Assembly (NCBI GenBank): GCA_051653605.1
Contig: JBOFWL010000145.1
Location: 328,121 to 392,120, forward strand
Direction: 5' to 3'
Length of the DNA stretch: 64,000 bases
Source: Brevinema sp.
GTDB lineage: Bacteria; Spirochaetota; Brevinematia; Brevinematales; Brevinemataceae
Shown: piece by piece, positions 37,520 through 46,068 of the stretch
Position numbering within the stretch: the stretch's first letter is position 1
How the letters are laid out: every line of letters begins with the position of its first letter
Notes under the pieces: model-generated
Databases searched by the model: none
Told to the model about the DNA's origin: nothing
The model's input: the letters and a program-made list of their open reading frames with translations, nothing else
Translations under genes and position numbers: made by a program

Positions 37520-37533
37520 TAAGGATATCTGCT

Positions 37534-38691
37534 ATGGAAAATATATGTCTTCTCGGTGCAACTGGTTCTGTTGGAGGTTCGGTATTAGCGGTTATTCGTC
37601 GTTACCCTGAGAAATTTCGACTGCATAGTTTTTCTGCATGGAAAAATATGGAGAAAACAGTCCAAATCATCGAAGAATTTCATCCTCAATATGTTTTACT
37701 ACAAGAAAATACAAATGATAACCTTCCAGTAATGTTTCCTCAAACAAGTTTTCTTTATGGGGAAGAGGGATTGGTCGACCTCGCGATGATTGAAGATCAT
37801 CAAACAGTTGTAAATGCTGTTAATGGTACGGCAGGCTTTCTTCCATCTTTAGGCGCGCTAAAAAAAGGTAAGAAATTATTAATTGCGAATAAAGAAGCCC
37901 TTGTTGCTGGAGGGAAATTTCTCATCGAAGCGGAGCGAAAAAACGGAGGGCAAATCATCCCTCTTGATAGCGAGCACCTAGCATTATTCGATCTTCTCCG
38001 TGGAAAAGAGCGGGGTGAGGTAGAAGAATTAGTCCTCACTGCGTCGGGTGGCCCCTTTTTGAACAAAGATATCGATGAAACCACAACTATCGAAGAAGTG
38101 CTCAATCACCCCACATGGAAAATGGGCGCTCACGTCACTGTTAATTCGGCAAACCTCACCAATAAAGGCTTAGAAATCATCGAAGCAATGCGTCTTTTTC
38201 AACTTCCAGAAGACAAAATCAAAGTATTAATCCACCCTCAATCGCTTGTTCATGGAGCAGTACACTGCAAAGGTGGGCATTGGCATCTATTGGCATCTCC
38301 ACGAGATATGAGATACCCCGCTTTGCATGGGCTATTCTTTCCAGATTACCCCACTGAAGAGCCTTTTGGCAGTTTTAATCCTGTCGACGAAGCACTCACT
38401 TTTGCAGAGCCCGACCCTATCAAATTTCCCATGCTAGGATTTATTCGAGAAGTAGCACGAGAAGATGGGCTTCTTCCTGCTGTGCTTTGTGCAGCCAACG
38501 AAGTTATCGTAGAAAAATTCCTCGAAGGAAGAGTTAAATTCTATAAAATACCCGATCTTCTTCGAGAAATTGTCGAAAAATTTGAAAATAATTCCAGCCC
38601 AGAAGCAGAAGAAATCTTGATTGCTGATAAAAAAGCCCGTATTATGGCATTAGAACGTATTACCTATCAAGGTACCGACCTACGTTTTTAA
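37534..38691 (+). CDS. dxr: 1-deoxy-D-xylulose 5-phosphate reductoisomerase
   Basis: 385 aa with LLGATGSVGGS, LIANKEALV, PLDSEH and NKGLEIIEA. Confidence 0.95.
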   Translation: MENICLLGATGSVGGSVLAVIRRYPEKFRLHSFSAWKNMEKTVQIIEEFHPQYVLLQENTNDNLPVMFPQTSFLYGEEGLVDLAMIEDHQTVVNAVNGTAGFLPSLGALKKGKKLLIANKEALVAGGKFLIEAERKNGGQIIPLDSEHLALFDLLRGKERGEVEELVLTASGGPFLNKDIDETTTIEEVLNHPTWKMGAHVTVNSANLTNKGLEIIEAMRLFQLPEDKIKVLIHPQSLVHGAVHCKGGHWHLLASPRDMRYPALHGLFFPDYPTEEPFGSFNPVDEALTFAEPDPIKFPMLGFIREVAREDGLLPAVLCAANEVIVEKFLEGRVKFYKIPDLLREIVEKFENNSSPEAEEILIADKKARIMALERITYQGTDLRF

Positions 38692-39525
38692 CGTATTTAC
38701 GTTCAATTCGGCAAGAATAACCGTATTTTTTAAGAGATTAATTATTGTCATGGGGCCTACGCCTCCAGGAACAGGGGTGATGGCTCGTGCCTTATCCTTA
38801 ATGTTTTCAAAATCACAATCGCCAACAATTTTTTTTCCTTCTCGAAAAATCCCTACATCAATTATAACACACCCCTCTTTCACCATGTCTGCTTTAACCA
38901 ATCTTGGGCTACCCGTTGCAGAAATAATAACATCTGCCCATAGGGTAAGTTCTTTGAGATTTTTTGTCTGTTTATGAGCAACTGCAATTGTAGCTTGTTC
39001 CTGAAGAAGTAGTAAGCTCATCGGTTTTCCAACAATATTTCCTGCACCTATGATTAAAGATTTCGTTCCGACTAAAGAAAAGTGGGGTATTGTGCCGATA
39101 AGTTGAAGGATTCCCATTGGAGTACAAGGTTTTATAAAACTATTCATATTAAATAGTCGCCCTAAGTTAGTCGGATGAAAGCAATCTACGTCCTTTTTAG
39201 GATCAATAGAGAGTATAACCGCAGAGGTATCGACAGTTGGTGGCAAAGGCAGCTGAACAAGAATGGCGTGAATATCGGCATCGCTGTTCAATTTAGAAAT
39301 GCAAGCGATAATTTCTTCTGTTGTTGTATTTTCAGGTAGAAAAATTGGGTAAGAAGCAATTCCTACCTCATCGCAAGAACGAATTTTAGATTGAACATAA
39401 ATTCGAGATGCAGAATCATCTCCCACAAGAATTGTGGCAAGTCCTGGCTTAAAAGAAAGAGATTTAATATGCATAGCAAGATTTTGTTTTTCACTTGCAG
39501 CAAGAGAGTTTCCGTCTAAAATCAA
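38680..39525 (-). CDS. folD: Bifunctional methylenetetrahydrofolate dehydrogenase/cyclohydrolase
   Basis: ORF 38680-39594 has no ATG near the conserved N-terminus. A TTG at 39525 lies 6 nt after AAGGAG and gives (M)ILDGNSLA. Motifs are IVGKPMSLLLL and TPVPGGVGPMTI. Confidence 0.9.
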   Translation of the reverse strand: MILDGNSLAASEKQNLAMHIKSLSFKPGLATILVGDDSASRIYVQSKIRSCDEVGIASYPIFLPENTTTEEIIACISKLNSDADIHAILVQLPLPPTVDTSAVILSIDPKKDVDCFHPTNLGRLFNMNSFIKPCTPMGILQLIGTIPHFSLVGTKSLIIGAGNIVGKPMSLLLLQEQATIAVAHKQTKNLKELTLWADVIISATGSPRLVKADMVKEGCVIIDVGIFREGKKIVGDCDFENIKDKARAITPVPGGVGPMTIINLLKNTVILAELNVNTLKT

Positions 39526-39568
39526 AACAGGCTCCTTATAATAGTTGAAGGATGCATAGAGGTTTATT

Positions 39569-40564
39569 ATGGCACAAAATGCGCTAATTGTCAAAAGTCG
39601 CTTTCAGTTTAAAGCAAGCGGTTTATATGGTCTAGTAGTTCTTATTTTTGATACAGATCAAAAAGTACTAGCAGAAGACTATATCTACGCTTCTCGTTTT
39701 AGTGACTTGGCAAGTATAGACGTTAAGCTTTCGTGGAATGTTCTGGAGTCTCAATTAAATACTATTGAGATGAAAGGAAACTACGCCACAAGTATTACCT
39801 CTGAAATAAAACGAGCCTTTCGAGAGCGATTAGATCCTAATTATGGATTAGCCTCTGGGATTGTTGTTGATTATGAGCTTCGTAATAAAGAAAAAATTCA
39901 TGGTGTGCTTTCAGATCTACTGATTGCTATTCAAAAAGACAAAGGAATTGCCCTAGAGGTTTCATATGAGGTAGGCGATCTCAACGAAATCCAGATGGCT
40001 CGCGTGCAGCGAGGCGAAAATGAAGCCCTACAAATGTCTCACGACCAAGCGATGTCTCCACCTGCTCAACCCGTTACGGTGGAAGCTGGAACATTTTTAA
40101 TCCCAGCAACACCTGTTCTTTCTCCAGTTAGAGGAGTTCCATGCTCTAGCCTCTATGTTGGCCAGCGTATTCTGATGAAACTTAATCCAGAAACACCCGA
40201 TGCCGCACACTGGGCTCAATCATTCAAAGCCGTTGACGCCCAAACAAGAGAATGGTTGCCTATTGTCGGCACAGTTAGTCAAATTGGGCCTGTTGTTAAT
40301 AAGTCTCGAGATATTGTTATCGATTTTGGTCATAATCGCGTCTGTCGCCTAAACGTCGAATCTAGTATTAAAATTCGCACCTACGATGCTCTGTCTCGCG
40401 ACAAAGTTGCATTTCCTCACCTCATGACGGCTGCAACAATCGAGCCACCCTCAGCTACTAATGCAACGCGTCTGCTTCTGCAAAGCATTGCTTTATGGAT
40501 GATTTTCGCTGTAGTTGTGATTTGCGGAATAAGTATATTACTTTTCATCGCTCTATCTTTTTAG
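39569..40564 (+). CDS. Hypothetical C-terminally anchored membrane protein
   Basis: 331 aa. AGAGG lies 6 nt upstream of the ATG. The single C-terminal TM segment is LLLQSIALWMIFAVVVICGISILLFIALSF. I recognise no family. Confidence 0.6.
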   Translation: MAQNALIVKSRFQFKASGLYGLVVLIFDTDQKVLAEDYIYASRFSDLASIDVKLSWNVLESQLNTIEMKGNYATSITSEIKRAFRERLDPNYGLASGIVVDYELRNKEKIHGVLSDLLIAIQKDKGIALEVSYEVGDLNEIQMARVQRGENEALQMSHDQAMSPPAQPVTVEAGTFLIPATPVLSPVRGVPCSSLYVGQRILMKLNPETPDAAHWAQSFKAVDAQTREWLPIVGTVSQIGPVVNKSRDIVIDFGHNRVCRLNVESSIKIRTYDALSRDKVAFPHLMTAATIEPPSATNATRLLLQSIALWMIFAVVVICGISILLFIALSF

Positions 40565-41538
40565 AAAACAACGATTAAAGAAGCCACCCACATTATTGTA
40601 ATTCCCAAAAGAAGCAAACGTTGAACGATAAAGTTTCTCTTACTTGCAAAAAATAAGACTAAAGAAAAAATCGCAACAAAGATTGCAGTGTAAATCATCG
40701 AAAAGGGAATCGACGTCCAGAATTCACTGGTGCTAAAGAGTGGCGCGAAACAAAATATTGTCAAATTAAAAACGTTGCTCCCAAAGATGTTGCCATAGGC
40801 CATTGCTGCATGTCCATGCCTCACCATTATAAAAGTGGTGACAATTTCAGGAACGGATGTGGCAACAGCAAGAATGAGCGTTCCAATAAAATGTTGCCCT
40901 AAAGGCCTTCCTAATCCTGGAAAGGGAAGCACTGTTAAGCGTGTACAGAAAAGTACAAGCAGCCATGAGCACCCGATAATCAATACTGAAAAAAAGAAAA
41001 ATCCCCTAAAACCACTTGTAATTTTTGATTCTGCGTCTATATCATCATTTTCAATTGCGTGATAATTAAGATACATAAGTAATAAATAAAAAAGAAAAAT
41101 AAAACCGGCGAGTGGGATCTTTCCAAGAGAAACAAGACCTAAAATAATCAATAAATAAACCAAAGATACCGCTAGCAAAATAGCAAGGCTTCCCCAAAGC
41201 CCAAGTAAAGCCTCGATATTCATCTTGGCCATTTTTCGATTGGTAACAAGAAAAACAAGCGCTAAAAAAGAAATATTAGCAGCGTTTGAACCCATGATAT
41301 TTCCGGCAACTAAAGATGGATAATTATTTGCAGCAGCAGTCATCGTTGACACAAGCTCTGGTATAGACGTCACCGCTGCCACGAGAATATAGCCTACCAA
41401 TCCACCTGAAATCCCTAGTTTTGTGGCAAGCCTATCCGCGTAAAGAACAAGGTAATGCCCAATAAAAACGATGGCAATCACCGATAATACAAGCAAAAAT
41501 AATACGCCAGAAAAATGATCCCAAAGTAGGTTGGACAT
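40561..41538 (-). CDS. Sodium/calcium exchanger family (CaCA, YrbG-like) membrane protein
   Basis: 325 aa, polytopic, with the two alpha-repeat signatures TSIPELVST...GNIMGSNAANI and TSVPEIVTT...GNIFGSNVFNL. Confidence 0.85.
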   Translation of the reverse strand: MSNLLWDHFSGVLFLLVLSVIAIVFIGHYLVLYADRLATKLGISGGLVGYILVAAVTSIPELVSTMTAAANNYPSLVAGNIMGSNAANISFLALVFLVTNRKMAKMNIEALLGLWGSLAILLAVSLVYLLIILGLVSLGKIPLAGFIFLFYLLLMYLNYHAIENDDIDAESKITSGFRGFFFFSVLIIGCSWLLVLFCTRLTVLPFPGLGRPLGQHFIGTLILAVATSVPEIVTTFIMVRHGHAAMAYGNIFGSNVFNLTIFCFAPLFSTSEFWTSIPFSMIYTAIFVAIFSLVLFFASKRNFIVQRLLLLGITIMWVASLIVVF

Positions 41539-41539
41539 G

Positions 41540-42358
41540 CTATCTCCTATTCTTAATATTTAATATTTGTTGAGAAATAAAATATAGAGTGGCACCCAAC
41601 GCAACAATTACTGCACCTGGAGGGAGATCGTATAAAGTGGAGAGAAAAATCCCCATATAAAAAATAAAAAGCGTAAATGCAAAAGAAATCCAAACACTCT
41701 GTTTAATGCCTTTGCACCATAAAAGACTAAAACTTGCTGGAAGAATGGCCAAGGCCGCAATAAGAAGAACTCCCACAAGACGCATTCCCAACACCAAAGC
41801 TGCCGAAAGCGATGCATAGACAACGAGATCCCAAAATACAGTTGATGCCCCGGCAACGAAAGCACCATCGTGATCGAAACTAAGGTATAAAATTTTTCCT
41901 AAAGCGGGAAGAATCATTAATAAAATGAGGATTGCCACAGCAATGGTGAAAAAAAGAAAACCTGTATTAATTCCTAAAAGGTTTCCAAATAAAAATGCTG
42001 TAAGATTAAAGCCTCCACCCCGCCCTATTTGTGTGGCATAAGAAAGAAGCAAGGTTCCTCCTGCCATAACAGTCGTAAAAAGAAGATTAATACTACTATC
42101 CGGAGCCCTTCTTGCCCGCAAGCCCGTAATAGATGTTATGAGAATGCATAGAACAAAAGTTACAGGAAAACTGGGGACACCTAGCAAATAAGCAAGGCCT
42201 GCCGTACCAAAAGCTGCATGCTCTGTGCCAATAACGATAGCCGAAAGCCGGCGAGACACCACAATAAAAGATAAAATTGAAAAAAGTAAGGACAACACAA
42301 ACGCTGCAATGAGCGCATTTTGAAAAAAAGAATACGATAATAGTTCTATCACGCCCAT
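41540..42358 (-). CDS. ABC-3 family metal ABC transporter permease (ZnuB/TroC/TroD-like)
   Basis: ORF 41540-42511. The conserved core starts at ATG 42358 (MGVIELLSYSFFQNAL). Motifs are FLFGNLLG, FDHDGAFVAGAS and LPPGAVIVALGA. The start is uncertain because there is no SD. Confidence 0.8.
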   Translation of the reverse strand: MGVIELLSYSFFQNALIAAFVLSLLFSILSFIVVSRRLSAIVIGTEHAAFGTAGLAYLLGVPSFPVTFVLCILITSITGLRARRAPDSSINLLFTTVMAGGTLLLSYATQIGRGGGFNLTAFLFGNLLGINTGFLFFTIAVAILILLMILPALGKILYLSFDHDGAFVAGASTVFWDLVVYASLSAALVLGMRLVGVLLIAALAILPASFSLLWCKGIKQSVWISFAFTLFIFYMGIFLSTLYDLPPGAVIVALGATLYFISQQILNIKNRR

Positions 42359-42511
42359 ATTATAAAGGGTACAACTACTTTTATCAAGATTTGAAGATGA
42401 AAATTTGACTTTTTGACAGATTGTCTCTACCATGTAGGCGAGGAAAATATTTTTTAAAAAGCGTTTAAGAATGCCCCCCCTTATTTCCGAATTCATAAAT
42501 AGGAAGAGCAA

Positions 42512-43282
42512 ATGAGCCTCTATATTATAGCAACGCCTATTGGCAATTTAGAGGATATCACGCTTCGAGCTATACGGTTACTCAAAGAGGTCGACTTTAT
42601 CGCCTGCGAAAATATTCCTCGAACGCGTATCCTTCTTTCTCATTTAGAGATTAAGCAAAAACGCCTACTCGAGTACTCCCCTGCCAACGAAAAAAATTCA
42701 GCGGAAGGGATAGTAAGGCTTATTCTTTCTGGGTTAAAAGGGGCGTTAGTCAGTGATGCAGGTACTCCTTGTATCTCCGACCCAGGAAACGCGCTAATAA
42801 CAGCCGCAGTTGAGGCCGGTATCACTATCAGTCCCATTCCAGGCGCCTCAGCACTCACAGCAATGGGTAGTGTTAGCGGGTTAAATGGCGAAGCATTGAT
42901 TTTTTTGGGTTTTTTGCCAAAGAAAGAAGGGCAATCGCTACAAATTATTACACGATACGCATCCAAAAATACCGTTCTCATCATATATGAGAGTGGCCGG
43001 AGGGTAAAAAAATTATTAAATTCACTAAAGTCTCTCGGTGTTTGTGCCGATGTTACGTTAGGTAAAGAGTTGACTAAGATTCATGAAAACTTTTTGCGAG
43101 GAAGCATTGAAGAGGTTGCTTCTCAGCTTAAGGATGATGAAAAAGGCGAGTTTGTTTTAGCTGTGCGTTTTCACGATACAGTGGGCATGCCAGAGCGAGA
43201 GCAAGGTTTTTCTAAAAAAGAAAAACGTCGCGCCAAGTTGCAAAAAAGAATAGATACAGGAGAGGTTTCCTATGGAGATTAG
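42512..43282 (+). CDS. rsmI: 16S rRNA (cytidine1402-2'-O)-methyltransferase RsmI
   Basis: 256 aa with LYIIATPIGNLEDITLRAIRLLKEVDFIACE and SDAGTPCISDPG. Confidence 0.9.
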   Translation: MSLYIIATPIGNLEDITLRAIRLLKEVDFIACENIPRTRILLSHLEIKQKRLLEYSPANEKNSAEGIVRLILSGLKGALVSDAGTPCISDPGNALITAAVEAGITISPIPGASALTAMGSVSGLNGEALIFLGFLPKKEGQSLQIITRYASKNTVLIIYESGRRVKKLLNSLKSLGVCADVTLGKELTKIHENFLRGSIEEVASQLKDDEKGEFVLAVRFHDTVGMPEREQGFSKKEKRRAKLQKRIDTGEVSYGD

Positions 43283-43562
43283 AGGAGTTGGCGGTATTAA
43301 TCCAATGGATCAATCTGGGGGTAAGCCTTCAAAGATTGGACAAGTTTCTTCTAAAGGAATTAAAGCTGATAGCTTGAATATTTCTTCAGAGGCAGCAGCA
43401 CGTAGAGATGAAATATTTTTGAATGATATTGCAAATCGAATTCGAGAAATGGATGATTCTCATTTAACGCAAGTTCGAGAACGTCTTGCTAATGGATATT
43501 ATGATAAAAAAGATGTTTTAGATGCGCTAGCAGATAAAATGATAAAAGCTCTCAATTTATAA
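43272..43562 (+). CDS. flgM: Anti-sigma-28 factor FlgM
   Basis: 96 aa with a disordered N-terminus and the FlgM-type C-terminal helix region VRERLANGYYDKKDVLDALADKMIKAL. AGGAGAGG lies 6 nt upstream. It overlaps the rsmI 3' end by 11 nt. Confidence 0.7.
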   Translation: MEIRGVGGINPMDQSGGKPSKIGQVSSKGIKADSLNISSEAAARRDEIFLNDIANRIREMDDSHLTQVRERLANGYYDKKDVLDALADKMIKALNL

Positions 43563-43592
43563 AAAAATCCCTCGTTTCGAGGGCTTTTTTTT
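43561..43592. terminator. Bidirectional terminator between flgM and fliM
   Basis: CCCTCG/CGAGGG stem (43569-43574/43578-43583) flanked by A7 and T8. Confidence 0.75.
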
Positions 43593-43599
43593 ATCTATT

Positions 43600-44643
43600 T
43601 TATTCTTCTTCTTCATTGAGAAGCTCGTGGAGGTCTTCTTCTGAAAACATTTCAATAACTTGATGAAGTTGAATAGCTCTATGAGAACCAAAAACACCAG
43701 GTTTTGCTTGGAATTTAACATTTCTCCCAATAAAAACAGCAACATCAGAGTTTACATTAGCATCAAATCGTATCACATCCCCGGGCTTCAATGCACTCAC
43801 CTCTTGAAAAGTAAGTGTTGTTTCGGCAAGCTGTGCAATTACGGTTAGTTTTATATCATTAAGCTGTTGTTTGATAAAATTAATATGCTCTGTTGTCACA
43901 CCACGGTTAACAGCGCTATACCAATATTGCGCTGAAAGTTTATTAATAATAGGCTCAATCGTGATATAAGGGATACAAAAGTTGATCATTCCTTCAACTT
44001 CGCCAATTTTTGTATCAAAAGTTGTAAGAATAACCATAGAATTGGGTGGCACAATACCCACAAACTGGGGATTCGTCTCAATATTACCAAGGCGAGGGCG
44101 AAGATCGGTCATATTTGCCCAAACTTCACGAAGATTTCCCAATAATCGCACAAGGATGCCCTCAATTACGGACATTTCAATATCTGTAAGCTCGCGATTG
44201 GTTTTAAGGGTTTCTCCCTTTCCCCCAAATAGACGATCGATAATAGAAAAAGTAATAGCTGGGTCGATTTCAATAACGGCAGACCCTTTAAGGGGGTCCA
44301 TATTGACAACCCCAAGCGTAGTTGGAGAAGGAATTGATCGAGTAAACTCTTCATAGGTAAGCTGATCGACAGAGACAACGTGAACCTGCACCAGAGAGCG
44401 AAGCTGAGCTGCAAGCGATGTTGTTGTTAAGCGAGCAAATGTTTCGTGAATCATCTGGAGTGTACGAACTTGGTCTTTTGAGAATTTATCTGGGCGACGA
44501 AAATCGTATACTTTCAAGCGTTTGCGGGAAGATCGCCCTGAATTAGCAGCAGTCGAGTTCTCGGCAGGTTCCTCTGTAGGACTCCCACCCGACACAGCAG
44601 TCAGCAGCGCGTCGATTTCATCTTGAGACAAAATTTCCGTCAT
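43600..44643 (-). CDS. fliM: Flagellar motor switch protein FliM
   Basis: 347 aa with the N-terminal LSQDEIDALL CheY-P binding motif, a FliM middle domain and a C-terminal SpoA-like domain. Confidence 0.93.
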   Translation of the reverse strand: MTEILSQDEIDALLTAVSGGSPTEEPAENSTAANSGRSSRKRLKVYDFRRPDKFSKDQVRTLQMIHETFARLTTTSLAAQLRSLVQVHVVSVDQLTYEEFTRSIPSPTTLGVVNMDPLKGSAVIEIDPAITFSIIDRLFGGKGETLKTNRELTDIEMSVIEGILVRLLGNLREVWANMTDLRPRLGNIETNPQFVGIVPPNSMVILTTFDTKIGEVEGMINFCIPYITIEPIINKLSAQYWYSAVNRGVTTEHINFIKQQLNDIKLTVIAQLAETTLTFQEVSALKPGDVIRFDANVNSDVAVFIGRNVKFQAKPGVFGSHRAIQLHQVIEMFSEEDLHELLNEEEE

Positions 44644-44662
44644 GAAACTTCCTTAAACGTTA

Positions 44663-45193
44663 TTACGAAACCGTAAATTCTGTATAATAAATCGCATCAA
44701 TTTCCCCATTAATCAGTACATTATTGAGACTTCGGCGAATTTCTTCTTTTAGTTGTTCTTTTTTGATCGTTTCATCTATTTGATTTTTCTCTTTTGAGTT
44801 CAAAATATTGAGAATAATATCCTTAAATTGTGGCACACGATCTGTAATTTCCTGGTGAAGCGCTTTGTTATCTGCATTAAAACCTAACTGAATTGCCAAA
44901 CGCACAAAGTAGTTGGCATCAATATCGGCTGTGTTGATTCGAAATGAGCCAAGATCGTAATAACTAAGCGGCGCAGGTTTTGGTTGAAGCTGCACTGCAA
45001 CTAGTTCTTCGTTACGATTTTTAGGCGTTCCACCTTTAAATATCAGAAACATAATCACCACAGAAATAACCACGGAAATTAAAACAGGAATCAAGTAGCC
45101 TAAAATCTTTGAAAGAATACCTGCAATCGGGCTCGGAGGTTTACCACTCGGCGCCCCACCTTCCTCATCGTCTAACAAATCTTCGTCGGACAT
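44663..45193 (-). CDS. fliL: Flagellar basal body-associated protein FliL
   Basis: 176 aa with a single N-terminal TM segment (ILGYLIPVLISVVISVVIMFLIF) and a FliL-type periplasmic domain. It lies directly upstream of fliM. Confidence 0.85.
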   Translation of the reverse strand: MSDEDLLDDEEGGAPSGKPPSPIAGILSKILGYLIPVLISVVISVVIMFLIFKGGTPKNRNEELVAVQLQPKPAPLSYYDLGSFRINTADIDANYFVRLAIQLGFNADNKALHQEITDRVPQFKDIILNILNSKEKNQIDETIKKEQLKEEIRRSLNNVLINGEIDAIYYTEFTVS

Positions 45194-45233
45194 ACTAAAC
45201 CTCCTGAATTAGACTAAAGCTAGAATGCATAGT

Positions 45234-45262
45234 ATTATAAGACAATTTTTAAAATTTCGCAA
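45234..45262 (-). promoter_or_regulatory. sigma70 promoter for fliL-fliM
   Basis: On the minus strand: TTGCGA (45262-45257), N17, TATAAT (45239-45234). Confidence 0.65.
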
Positions 45263-45286
45263 CATTTTTAACAGCCAAAAAGTTAA

Positions 45287-45312
45287 ATATCGGGAAAAAG
45301 TTATAAAATTTA
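45287..45312 (-). promoter_or_regulatory. sigma28-type promoter upstream of fliL-fliM
   Basis: On the minus strand: TAAA (45312-45309), N14, CCCGATAT (45294-45287). The Bacillus SigD consensus is TAAA-N15-GCCGATAT. Confidence 0.5.
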
Positions 45313-45315
45313 GTT

Positions 45316-45957
45316 TTATCTACCAAAGGCAAAGCCTAAATTAAACATTACAGTGTATTTAAGTTTGGGAACTTCTGGGTTATGTGCAAAAGGATTGATA
45401 ATAAGATGATGTCTAAAGCCAAAATAAATCCCACTTTTAAGGAGAAAATGAGAACCCAGTGGCAGTGTCAACATAAAGGCTGGTGAGTAAACGGTTCCTT
45501 GTCTTCCCGTAGAATTTTCAGTAGCATGGGCAAAAGCTGAGGAAATATTTATTCCAATAACATCAAAAAGAAGCCGCATCGATTTAAACTGAATACCAGG
45601 CGTATAGTTAAGAGCAACATTAAAAATAATTGGATTTTTATAGCTTGTTCCATCACTGTGGTAACCATCATAGGGTAGATCACCAAATACACCAAGTCGA
45701 AAATCCATCCCATGAATCGTACCTTTTCCTGTTGTTCGATGTAGGAGATATCCAAGTTCGATTCCCATCAATCCTATAACATCGACATCTTCAACCGATC
45801 CCAAGCTAATGCCAGATCCAATATTATCTGCGTTAAATGAGGTATAGAAGATAGAAGGCCCCGCTGAAACATTTATTAACAAATTATGCGTACCGATTTT
45901 AGACCATGTTGGTACTGCCAAAACGCATAAAGAAACGATATAGAAAACTTTTTTCAT
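45316..45957 (-). CDS. Hypothetical small outer-membrane beta-barrel protein
   Basis: 213 aa with signal peptide MKKVFYIVSLCVLAVPTWS, alternating hydrophobic beta-strand pattern, and a C-terminal ...FNLGFAFGR. Confidence 0.55.
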   Translation of the reverse strand: MKKVFYIVSLCVLAVPTWSKIGTHNLLINVSAGPSIFYTSFNADNIGSGISLGSVEDVDVIGLMGIELGYLLHRTTGKGTIHGMDFRLGVFGDLPYDGYHSDGTSYKNPIIFNVALNYTPGIQFKSMRLLFDVIGINISSAFAHATENSTGRQGTVYSPAFMLTLPLGSHFLLKSGIYFGFRHHLIINPFAHNPEVPKLKYTVMFNLGFAFGR

Positions 45958-46035
45958 TAATTAACTCCTATTGTCAAAATTCACAGTTTACACAGGATTA
46001 GATACGTTAATTTACGCTAAAGTCTTTTTATATAA

Positions 46036-46068
46036 ACAAAAAACCCCCCATTTCTGGGGGTGTTTTTT
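46036..46068 (-). terminator. Terminator of the V-ATPase operon
   Basis: CCCCCA/TGGGGG stem (46045-46050/46055-46060) with T-runs on both strands, immediately after the subunit D stop. Confidence 0.75.

Noticed and set aside
42359-42511. The 51-aa N-terminal extension of the ABC-3 permease, and the idea that the G7/C7 tract (42474-42480) is a coding phase-variation switch.
   Set aside because: The extension starts at a TTG or ATG without an SD and has no counterpart in ABC-3 permeases. A 7-nt C run also occurs by chance in queA (12570-12576, encoding Pro-Pro). Seven nt is short for slipped-strand switching. I keep it only as a note inside the permease finding.
43213-43239. TAAA-N15-GCCAAGTT as a sigma28 promoter for flgM inside rsmI.
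   Set aside because: Only 4 of 8 positions of the -10 match. This is indistinguishable from chance in coding sequence.
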